24,000 nt of DNA from Ignavibacteriales bacterium (lineage in GTDB: Bacteria; Bacteroidota; Ignavibacteria; UBA10030; F1-140-MAGs086), in the NCBI GenBank assembly GCA_018335975.1, contig JAGXRH010000001.1, forward strand, positions 6,215 through 30,214, written 5' to 3'. The translations under genes were made by a program, and so were the position numbers. Shown one piece after another: positions 1 to 6,872 of the stretch (positions are counted from its first letter, which is position 1; each line of letters opens with the position of its first letter). The notes under the pieces are model-generated. The model worked only from the letters and a program-made list of their open reading frames with translations, searched no databases and had not been told where the DNA came from.

Positions 1-470
1 GCTTTACCGAAGTCTTTGCAGGGAGTTTAACGGGGGTAGTTTGGGGTTCCGTTGTTTGGGGCGATTATGATAATGACGGTGATTTGGATATTCTCCTGAC
101 GGGATACGTTAGTAGTGAATTTTACATTTCCAAAATTTATCAAAATACGGGAAGCGGATTTACTGAAGTTTTTGCTGGGAGTTTATTGGGAGCTGAAACT
201 GCAGACTGGGGCGATTATGATAATGACGGGGATTTGGATATTCTCTTGGCGGGATACAATGGTGTTTTGGGTTACCTTTCCAAAATTTATCAAAATACGG
301 GAAGCGGATTTACTGAAGTTTTTGCTGGGAGTTTACCGGGTGTTAATTCTGGTTTTGTAGCGTGGGGTGATTATGATAATGACGGCGATTTGGATATACT
401 TCTGACAGGATACGCCGATTCAGTTGTCGTTTCCAAAATTTATAAAAATACTGGGACGACATTTAACACC
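1..470 (+). repeat. Tandem coding repeat with a 150-nt period (about 3 copies), encoding the FG-GAP units
   Basis: nt 127-185 and 277-335 are identical over 59 nt. The block starting near 59 recurs near 209 with one mismatch. The outer copies (1-60 and 420-470) are diverged. Confidence 0.85.
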
Positions 471-2129
471 CCGCCCATTACTCCATCAGGATTAAATGTT
501 TCTATCTCTGGCTCCAACGCAACTTTACACTGGAATAAAACAACCGATGCACAAACTCCTAAGAATGGACTTACCTACAATCTGCGTATCGGCACATCAC
601 CAAACGGAATTAATACTCAATCCCCGATGGCAAATGTGAGCGACGGTTATCGCAGAGTTGTTCAGTTAGGAAATACCAATCACGATACAAGTTGGACGGT
701 CAAGAATCTTGCAAATGGTACGTACTACTGGAGTGTGCAAGCAATTGATAATGCGTTTGCAGGTTCGTCGTTTTCTCAGGAAGAGACGTTCACAATTGTT
801 CCTGTTGCTTCTGTGTTTTCTGTATCATCACCGAATGTTATATATGGAAACGTTTACGTAGGACAAACAAAAAAAGATAGTGTAACGGTTACGAATACAG
901 GAAATGCCACACTGAGCATTTCTTCTGTAACATCCAACAATACGAAGTTTGCTGTTACGCCAACAAGCGCATCAATTTCCGCATCGGGGAGTAAGAAGTT
1001 TTACATTACGTTTGTGCCAACATTAGGAGGAGAACAAAGCGGAACGATTTCTTTTACTGATAATGCAAGCGGCTCTCCGCATACGGTGAGTGTGAGTGGA
1101 ACGGGAGTACAACTTACTATTACCGCAACAACAGGAACAAACGGAAATATTTCTCCGTCGGGAAATGTTTTTGTCAATTATGGAGCGACTAAAATATTTA
1201 CTATTTCTTCAAACACCGGTTATCATAGTGATAGCGTATTTGTTGATGGAGTTTTCATTGGCGCGGTAAATAGTTATCCGTTTGTCAATGTAACGGCGAA
1301 TCATACCATCTCTGCACAGTTTGCAATCAATACGTACATCATTACTGCAACATCAGGAACAAACGGAAGTATTTCTCCATCGGGAAATGTTGTAGTCAAT
1401 TACGGTGAAGACACAACATTTATTATTTCTCCAAGCGTCAATTATCATATTGATAGTGTTATTGTTGATAATCAGTTTAGTGGAAATGATACAACATACA
1501 CGTTCACAAACGTTACGGGTAATCATTCGATTCGCGCTACGTTTGCAATGAATCTTCCATCGAAAGTTTTGTTAGTAACCCCCGCACACGACTCAGTAGT
1601 CAGCAGAGATAGTGTAAAGTTTGTGTGGAGAAAAGCATCGCCGTTTGTTTCTCAATATAACATAGAGCGTGCGTTCGATTCATTATTCACAAATGCAGTA
1701 ATTGATTCCACTTCCGATACATCGCACATCATTAACGGATTAAGTAATAGCCAAACGTATTGGTGGAAAGTAAAAGCAAGAAATGAAAGCGGATTTGGTG
1801 AGTATAGCGAAGCACGAAAATTTAGTGTGGTTATTCTATCCACAAAAGATGAAATTGGTTTGCCAAAAGTTTTCGCGCTTCATCAAAATTTTCCCAATCC
1901 TTTCAATCCCATAACGGAAATACAATTTGATTTACCGGAAGAAGTTTTTACAACACTGAAAATTTACGATGTATTGGGAAGAGAAGTTGCAACGTTAGTG
2001 AATGGAATTGAAACAGCCGGATATAAATCTGTAAGGTTCGATGCTTCTTCATTCAATAGTGGAATATATTTCTACAAACTTACGGCAGGGAATTTTATTT
2101 CAGTGAAGAAACTTGTGCTGATGAAATAA
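1..2129 (+). CDS. Secreted multidomain surface protein, 5'-truncated by the window edge. Contains FG-GAP/VCBS-type repeats, an FN3-like domain, a choice-of-anchor-D/HYDIN-like domain, two InlB-B-type repeats, a second FN3-like domain and a T9SS C-terminal sorting domain.
   Basis: The frame is open from nt 3 (FTEVFAGSL...), so the Met at 84 in the ORF track is internal. Repeated [17 protein letters not shown]...SKIYxNTGxxF motifs are present. There are two ~75-aa repeats (TATxGTNGxISPSGNVxVNYG...TxNHxIxAxFAxN). The C-terminus [20 protein letters not shown]...[22 protein letters not shown] is a typical type-A T9SS sorting domain. Confidence 0.9.
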   Translation, partial: FTEVFAGSLTGVVWGSVVWGDYDNDGDLDILLTGYVSSEFYISKIYQNTGSGFTEVFAGSLLGAETADWGDYDNDGDLDILLAGYNGVLGYLSKIYQNTGSGFTEVFAGSLPGVNSGFVAWGDYDNDGDLDILLTGYADSVVVSKIYKNTGTTFNTPPITPSGLNVSISGSNATLHWNKTTDAQTPKNGLTYNLRIGTSPNGINTQSPMANVSDGYRRVVQLGNTNHDTSWTVKNLANGTYYWSVQAIDNAFAGSSFSQEETFTIVPVASVFSVSSPNVIYGNVYVGQTKKDSVTVTNTGNATLSISSVTSNNTKFAVTPTSASISASGSKKFYITFVPTLGGEQSGTISFTDNASGSPHTVSVSGTGVQLTITATTGTNGNISPSGNVFVNYGATKIFTISSNTGYHSDSVFVDGVFIGAVNSYPFVNVTANHTISAQFAINTYIITATSGTNGSISPSGNVVVNYGEDTTFIISPSVNYHIDSVIVDNQFSGNDTTYTFTNVTGNHSIRATFAMNLPSKVLLVTPAHDSVVSRDSVKFVWRKASPFVSQYNIERAFDSLFTNAVIDSTSDTSHIINGLSNSQTYWWKVKARNESGFGEYSEARKFSVVILSTKDEIGLPKVFALHQNFPNPFNPITEIQFDLPEEVFTTLKIYDVLGREVATLVNGIETAGYKSVRFDASSFNSGIYFYKLTAGNFISVKKLVLMK

Positions 2130-2188
2130 TGTTTTGCTCTCAAAGTAAAGATTAGTATTTTTTCCCCGACAAAAACAACATAAACTCT

Positions 2189-2377
2189 ATGACAACTCAA
2201 ATTCTCGTACAACAACTTAACGAAGAAGTAAAAACACTCCAACGCGATGTAACAGCGTTAAAAACATTATTCTTGCGTATCCTTGCTATTCCGGAAGAAA
2301 CGCTCAATGAATATCAAAATGCGACTGCAATACAAAAGTCGTTGTTAAAAGCGCAAAAGACATTTCCGCGCTCGTAA
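2189..2377 (+). CDS. Small coiled-coil protein, putative antitoxin of the downstream RelE/ParE-like toxin
   Basis: 62-aa ORF whose stop (2375-2377) lies 1 nt before the toxin ATG (2379). Size and position are typical of a type II antitoxin, but I cannot name a motif. Confidence 0.5.
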   Translation: MTTQILVQQLNEEVKTLQRDVTALKTLFLRILAIPEETLNEYQNATAIQKSLLKAQKTFPRS

Positions 2378-2378
2378 T

Positions 2379-2633
2379 ATGGTCATCAATAAAACGGATG
2401 ATTTTATTGCAAGTGTCGAGAAATTACCGAGCGATGCTAAACGACTTCTCAAACGGCAAGAGGAAATTTTTGAACATAACTGGCTTGATACTCGTCTTCA
2501 CCTCAAGAAACTCAAAAATGAAGATGGCGTGTATTCTTTTCGGATAACGCGCCGATATCGGGTTCTCTTTTATTTTAGCAAAGGAGAAGCGGTATTTTTT
2601 GAAGTTGGACATCGAAAAGAAATTTACCGATGA
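2379..2633 (+). CDS. Type II toxin-antitoxin system toxin, RelE/ParE superfamily
   Basis: 84 aa. The C-terminal YSFRITRRYRVLFYFSKGEAVFFEVGHRKEIYR matches the RelE/ParE core pattern (YRxRxGxYRxxF...VGHRKxxY). Confidence 0.8.
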   Translation: MVINKTDDFIASVEKLPSDAKRLLKRQEEIFEHNWLDTRLHLKKLKNEDGVYSFRITRRYRVLFYFSKGEAVFFEVGHRKEIYR

Positions 2634-2707
2634 AAAATAATGCAATAACGATTGTTCTTCCATTGTATATTTGGCTAAAGCCAATAGTATTATTATCAAT
2701 TTTCCTC

Positions 2708-2860
2708 CACTATCTAAAGAGAATGTGTGATAATTCAATCAACCTTGATATGTCATTCCCACGAAAGTGGGAATCCATTTCATTTTCAAAGATTTTTAGA
2801 TTCCCGCTTTCGCGGGAAAGACAGTTTCCTGGAATTTTCACACAGTCTCTAAAGATAGTG
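2708..2860. repeat. MITE/REP-like structured element: 22-nt imperfect terminal inverted repeats enclosing two short GC hairpins
   Basis: cactatctaaagagaatgtgtg (2708-2729) pairs with the reverse complement of 2839-2860 at 19 of 22 positions. Inside are hairpins attcccac-gaaa-gtgggaat (2755-2774) and ttcccgc-tttc-gcgggaa (2801-2818). Confidence 0.6.
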
Positions 2861-2896
2861 GCAATGGGAAAAACTTATTTTGATAATGACCTAAAT

Positions 2897-2999
2897 GTGT
2901 CATTCCGAATTCCCGAATTCATTCGGGATGAGGAATCTTTTCTAAGTAATTGCTGAAATCACAAAAGATTTCTCGTCACTTCGTTCCTCGAAATGACAC
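2897..2999. repeat. Second nested inverted-repeat element of the GTCATTCC...GGAAT hairpin family
   Basis: gtgtcattccga (2897-2908) matches the reverse complement of tcgaaatgacac (2988-2999) at 11 of 12 positions. The inner hairpin is tcccgaat-tc-attcggga (2911-2928). An atttc/gaaat stem lies at 2968-2972 / 2990-2994. Confidence 0.6.
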
Positions 3000-3070
3000 G
3001 GTTGTTTTTTTAGAAGTTTTATAAAGATTATAACTACATATTTACACAATAGATTTTTACACAACCAAAA

Positions 3071-3099
3071 GTGCTACTCACTTTTAAAGTGAGTAGCAC
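3071..3099. other. 29-nt perfect palindrome (stem-loop) 53 nt upstream of the 3152 start codon
   Basis: gtgctactcactttt aaagtgagtagcac: the arm 3071-3084 is the exact reverse complement of 3086-3099. The T-run (3111-3116) starts 12 nt after the stem, so this is not a canonical intrinsic terminator. Confidence 0.6.
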
Positions 3100-3151
3100 T
3101 TGCAAACAATTTTTTAACAACTTATTTTATTAACCAACTCGGAGAATAACT

Positions 3152-4096
3152 ATGACTAAACATATTTTTCAACTTATAATAATTGCACTATTTTATTTTA
3201 CGCTGCAACAAACTGCAGGTGCAAGAGTATGGACAGTAAGCAACAACAGCGGAGACCATGCTAATTTTGCCACACTGCAATTAGCGCATGATGGAGCAAA
3301 TAGCGGAGATACACTTTATGTTTTTGGAAGCGAGACCGTGTATAATAGTCTTACCCTAACTAAAAAACTTACAATAATTGGTACCGGATATTTTCTTACG
3401 CAAAATCCAAATACACAAGCAAGAAAACTAAACGCTCAAGCAAGTGCCATGAACTTTAAATCTGGCTCAGAAGGTTCTGAAGTAATAGGTATGCATATAG
3501 GTTCAGGCAACCAAATTTTTATAAATGCTAATAACATTACGTTAAAAAGAAACTACATTTACGGACAATTTATCATCGGAAAGGATACATTAGTTACAAA
3601 TGTTTTTGTATTACAAAACTATATAGAGTATTGGTCTTCAGGAATCGAGATAAGAAATCTGTCGAGAAATATTTTTTTCTTCAATAACTATATAAGGGTA
3701 TCAATCTCTGGTTACAATGGTCGGGACGTTGGAGTCCAAAACAATATTGTCTTTAATGGAATTTTTATACACTCTGCTTTTGTTCATAATAACATTTTAA
3801 TTGATGGAGATGTATATGGTGAGAATAGTACAGTATCAAATAATTTATCTATTAGTAGCAGCGCCATAAACACAGTATTTGTTGATACGGGAAGTCCCGA
3901 TGGAAAATGGAAACTCAAACCCGGTTCTCCCGCAATCGGCGCGGGTGTTGGCGGAGTTGATTGCGGTATGTATGGAGGCGATAATCCGTATGTGCTTTCG
4001 GGTATTCCGGCAATCCCGTCTATTTATTTCTTTAATGCACCCATCGAGGGAGGAAATCTATTGCCGGTGCAAATAAAAATAAAATCGAATAAGTAG
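3152..4096 (+). CDS. Secreted right-handed parallel beta-helix repeat protein (pectate-lyase-fold-like), lacking a sorting domain
   Basis: N-terminal signal peptide (MTKHIFQLIIIALFYFTLQQTAGA). There are periodic N-N-[IYL] turns (NNITLKRNYIYG, QNYIEY, NNYIRV, QNNIVFNG, HNNILIDG, SNNLSI). A GGAG motif lies upstream of the ATG. Confidence 0.75.
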   Translation: MTKHIFQLIIIALFYFTLQQTAGARVWTVSNNSGDHANFATLQLAHDGANSGDTLYVFGSETVYNSLTLTKKLTIIGTGYFLTQNPNTQARKLNAQASAMNFKSGSEGSEVIGMHIGSGNQIFINANNITLKRNYIYGQFIIGKDTLVTNVFVLQNYIEYWSSGIEIRNLSRNIFFFNNYIRVSISGYNGRDVGVQNNIVFNGIFIHSAFVHNNILIDGDVYGENSTVSNNLSISSSAINTVFVDTGSPDGKWKLKPGSPAIGAGVGGVDCGMYGGDNPYVLSGIPAIPSIYFFNAPIEGGNLLPVQIKIKSNK

Positions 4097-4101
4097 AATA
4101 T

Positions 4102-4232
4102 ATGACTCCTACGGAGTTTGATGCGAGTAAGTTATCAAGCGGAATGTATTTCTATAACTTGTTGCGGGAAATCTTTCGTCAGGCTCAGGACAAGATTACG
4201 TTGCCACGAAGAAACTTTTGCTGATGAAATAA
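4102..4232 (+). pseudogene. Orphan, frameshifted remnant of a T9SS C-terminal sorting domain
   Basis: One frame reads TPTEFDASKLSSGMYFYNLL...; the last 27 nt read TKKLLLMK* in a different frame (stop 4230-4232). Compare the intact ends [15 protein letters not shown]...KKLVLMK (gene ending 2129) and NASNVSSGVYFYRL...KKLMVVK (gene 9119-11845). The N-terminal half of the domain (NYPNPFNP...) is missing. Confidence 0.7.
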
Positions 4233-4289
4233 AGAACAGATACGGGAGAATTTTCTTATTTTCGTCCTGTAATTTTTAGAAAAAACTTT

Positions 4290-4637
4290 ATGCAATCACC
4301 CATCAACACACAAGTAATAGATACCATTCTCGGAAAACCGGCGAAAAATGTCAACGTTGTTTTAGAAACACAAGCCGACAATAGCGAATGGAAAGAACTT
4401 GCGCGTTCTTCCACCAATACCGATGGAAAAATCGAGCAGTTGCTCCCGGAAAATTTTCCGTTGAAAGCGGGATTTTATTCGCTCATCTTCGACACGAAAT
4501 CGTACTATCAAGCAATGGGACTCGAAACATTTTATCCCGTCGTTCCCATCATCATCGAAATAAAAAACCAAACGGAGCAAACACACATCACGCTCTCGTT
4601 GAGTCCATACGGATATTCAACGCATAAAGGAAGGTAA
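4290..4637 (+). CDS. Transthyretin-like / 5-hydroxyisourate hydrolase family protein with atypical active-site positions
   Basis: 115 aa. GKPAxNVxVxL, TNxDGK and LSLSPYGYST align by eye to the HIUase pattern (HxLDxxxGKPA, TNxDGR, HYHxPLLLSPxGYxxYRGS). The C-terminus is HKGR instead of YRGS. Confidence 0.75.
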   Translation: MQSPINTQVIDTILGKPAKNVNVVLETQADNSEWKELARSSTNTDGKIEQLLPENFPLKAGFYSLIFDTKSYYQAMGLETFYPVVPIIIEIKNQTEQTHITLSLSPYGYSTHKGR

Positions 4638-4718
4638 AGAGTCTTCTTCACCGCAGATTAGAGGATGTGTTGGATTATGAATTTTAGAAGAGATATCTTA
4701 TGAGCATCTCTAAAAACT

Positions 4719-4926
4719 CTCTACGAGTCATAGACAAAAATGAATTTAAACGCAAAGGACACAAAGCAGGCACAAAGGTCGCAAAGTATTGAATGTATTC
4801 CCTTGGTGTTCTTTGTGAAAATACTTTGTGCTCTCTGTGTTTAAAAAATATAGTTTTTATTCCAAAGGAATCCCTTCGGGAGAGACGCCCTTATTATCCT
4901 TTTCATTCGCTCTACGAGTCATAGAC
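4719..4926. repeat. 17-bp direct repeats flanking a 174-bp segment that carries a CACAAAG/CTTTGTG imperfect palindrome (MITE-like)
   Basis: ctctacgagtcatagac occurs at 4719-4735 and again at 4910-4926. Between them are three cacaaag-type units (4758-4786) facing ctttgtg units (4811-4838). gcaaagtatt (4781-4790) pairs with aatactttg (4820-4828). Confidence 0.6.
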
Positions 4927-4940
4927 GGTGAATCAACGCT

Positions 4941-6071
4941 ATGAACATTTATTCCGAAATTCTCTCCGCGCTGGAAACCGAGGAACGCGTAATGCTCGCA
5001 ACGATTATTTCCACTTCAGGTTCAACGCCGGCATCCGCTTTTTCAAAAATGTTAGTGAAAGAAAATGGAATTATTTCTATGGGAACGATTGGCGGCGGAT
5101 GTATGGAGGGCGACGTTCTTCTCCATTCGCGGCGGCTTTTAGAAACGGGGAAAACGGAAATTCTCTCGTTTCATTTGAACGAAGACGACATCGAACACGG
5201 TTTAATTTGCGGCGGAAGTCTGGAGGTAATGATTGAACCGGTTACGCGCGGGCAGATTTCCCTTTTCAAAGAAATTCTCTCATCACAAAACGAGGGAAAT
5301 GATACCGTGCTTGCAACGTTGGTTTCTTCAGAAGGAAAAGTTGTTCTTAAAAAGATTTTACGCAAAGAAACCTGGAGTAATGGAGAACTGTCCGAAGGAC
5401 TCCTTTCGGAGGAGCAATGGAGTAAAGAGTTTGACTACTCCAACCCTCCAACCCTCCAACCCTCCGTTCTAAAAGCAGAAATAGAAAAAACCTTTTCAAG
5501 AAATGAGACGCGAAAAATAAAAACCCAAAACGGGACGTTGATTCTCGAACCGATTCAGGGAACACCCTCGCTGATAATTTTCGGCGGCGGACACGTTTCA
5601 AAATACATTTCTAAAATTGCCGCGATGTGCGGATTTCAAATTACGGTAATTGACGACAGGGAAAAATTTGCAAACAACCAACGATTTCCTGAAGCAAAGG
5701 AAACGTTCGCTCGTGATTTCAAGGATATATTTCAAACAATTATCGTAACGCAATCAACGTACATCGTTATCGTAACGCGCGGACATCAGTTTGACGAAGT
5801 GGTTTTGGAACAGGTAATAAAAACGAACGCAAAATACATTGGAATGATTGGCAGCAAACGGAAAGTGCTGGCGACGTACGAACATTTGCGGGCGAGAGGA
5901 ATTTCGAACGAACAATTGAAACACATTCACTCGCCGATGGGAATCGAGATTGGCGCAACGACGGCGGAAGAAATCGCGGTGAGCATTGTGGCGGAAATGA
6001 TTCGTGTGCGGCGTGGGGGAAAAGAGGTACTCTCGCATAAATCCGATTCACTGAAAGAATATCTGCAATGA
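4941..6071 (+). CDS. XdhC/CoxI family molybdenum-cofactor insertion accessory protein
   Basis: 376 aa. The N-terminal XdhC_CoxI-like region has GGGCMEG and LICGG motifs. The C-terminal Rossmann-like region reads LIIFGGGHVSKYISKIAAMCGFQITVIDDREKF...VTRGHQFD...YIGMIGSKRK. Confidence 0.85.
   Translation: MNIYSEILSALETEERVMLATIISTSGSTPASAFSKMLVKENGIISMGTIGGGCMEGDVLLHSRRLLETGKTEILSFHLNEDDIEHGLICGGSLEVMIEPVTRGQISLFKEILSSQNEGNDTVLATLVSSEGKVVLKKILRKETWSNGELSEGLLSEEQWSKEFDYSNPPTLQPSVLKAEIEKTFSRNETRKIKTQNGTLILEPIQGTPSLIIFGGGHVSKYISKIAAMCGFQITVIDDREKFANNQRFPEAKETFARDFKDIFQTIIVTQSTYIVIVTRGHQFDEVVLEQVIKTNAKYIGMIGSKRKVLATYEHLRARGISNEQLKHIHSPMGIEIGATTAEEIAVSIVAEMIRVRRGGKEVLSHKSDSLKEYLQ
5439..5465 (+). repeat. 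Octanucleotide tandem repeat (tccaaccc x3.4) inside the XdhC interdomain linker
   Basis: tccaaccc occurs at 5439-5446, 5447-5454 and 5455-5462, followed by tcc. The repeat encodes SNPPTLQPS. Confidence 0.9.
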
Positions 6072-6313
6072 ATATCAATATCAAATTTTTTGCGGCAGCA
6101 AAAGAGGTCGCAGGGAAAGAAGAAATGCAATTTTCGCTTCCTTCCTCTTCCACCGCATCATCGCTTTTGGATTTACTCGTTGAACAATTTCCCGGACTGC
6201 AGGAATGGAAACAGTACGTTCGTGTTGCAGTGAATCAGGAATACGTTTCGCTCGATTACGCGTTGAATGAAAATGACGAAGTTGCAATTATTCCGCCGGT
6301 AAGTGGAGGATGA
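6068..6313 (+). CDS. moaD: Molybdopterin synthase sulfur-carrier subunit MoaD
   Basis: 81 aa. The N-terminus is INIKFFAAAKEVAGK and the C-terminus is VAIIPPVSGG (diagnostic Gly-Gly). The start overlaps the XdhC stop in an ATGA overlap at 6068-6071. Confidence 0.9.
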   Translation: MNINIKFFAAAKEVAGKEEMQFSLPSSSTASSLLDLLVEQFPGLQEWKQYVRVAVNQEYVSLDYALNENDEVAIIPPVSGG

Positions 6314-6338
6314 GTTCATTTTATATTTTAGATTTGAG

Positions 6339-6764
6339 ATGATAGAAATAGTTTCTGAAAAAATTGACATAACAAAAATTCTGCAAAGCGTGGAAGATAA
6401 TTCTGCCGGAGGAATTGATATGTTCATCGGAACAACGCGCGATAATTCAAAAGGAAAAAGCGTGTTGCGTTTGGAGTATGAAGCGTACATTCCGATGGCA
6501 TTGAAAAAAATGAATGAAATTGCCGGTGAAGCAAAAACGCGATGGAACATCAAAAAAATTTCCCTTGTTCATCGGATTGGGAAAGTGGAAATCGGCGAAG
6601 CGAGTATTGTGATTGCCGTTTCTTCCCCTCATCGCAAAGAAGCGTTTGAAGCGTGTCGTTATGCAATTGACACGTTAAAAAAGATTGTACCGATTTGGAA
6701 GAAAGAATTTTTTGAGGATGGTGAGGTGTGGGTGGATGCGCGGGAGGAGAAGATACTTTCGTGA
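6339..6764 (+). CDS. moaE: Molybdopterin synthase catalytic subunit MoaE
   Basis: FIGTTRDNSKGKSVLRLEYEAYIPMA...ISLVHRIGKVEIGEASIVIAVSSPHRKEAFEACRYAIDTLKKIVPIWKKE is the MoaE core. I prefer the ATG at 6339 (MIEIVSEK...). The ORF track's alternative GTG at 6303 would overlap moaD and adds an unconserved-looking extension. Confidence 0.85.
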   Translation: MIEIVSEKIDITKILQSVEDNSAGGIDMFIGTTRDNSKGKSVLRLEYEAYIPMALKKMNEIAGEAKTRWNIKKISLVHRIGKVEIGEASIVIAVSSPHRKEAFEACRYAIDTLKKIVPIWKKEFFEDGEVWVDAREEKILS

Positions 6765-6872
6765 TAATTATTTTAAGAATCGGCGATACCTGATGTGAAT
6801 GATTGCAATATATTTTACCATAAAATTTTTAATTCACCCTATTGAAAAACAAATCAAATAATCTCTAAAACT

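Noticed and set aside
115-360. 81-aa alternative-frame ORF inside the FG-GAP repeats
   Set aside because: It lies out of frame within a well-supported CDS. Its internal repetition simply mirrors the 150-nt DNA repeat.
2630-2956. 108-aa ORF from the six-frame track
   Set aside because: It reads straight through the hairpin/inverted-repeat elements (peptides such as MSFPRKWESI and SFRIPEFIRDEES are translations of palindromic repeats). It has no recognisable domain and overlaps the toxin stop. I treat the region as non-coding repeat DNA.
4640-4940. Possible Moco riboswitch in the leader of the xdhC-moaD-moaE operon
   Set aside because: The location is right for one. However, I could not recognise the conserved Moco-motif core by eye, and the region is better explained by the direct-repeat/palindrome element. 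A covariance-model scan (Rfam Moco RNA motif) would settle it; a hit above threshold would overturn this rejection.
4928-5236. 102-aa ORF overlapping the xdhC start in another frame
   Set aside because: The XdhC frame carries clear family motifs. This frame gives an Arg/Gly/Asn-rich low-complexity product typical of off-frame translation.
5767-6153. Antisense ORFs opposite xdhC/moaD. The same class occurs at 7420-7881, 13393-13833, 15108-15458, 12648-12998, 20065-20334 and 21139-21405.
   Set aside because: All lie opposite genes with strong family motifs, have no motifs of their own, and show the compositions expected of antisense frames.
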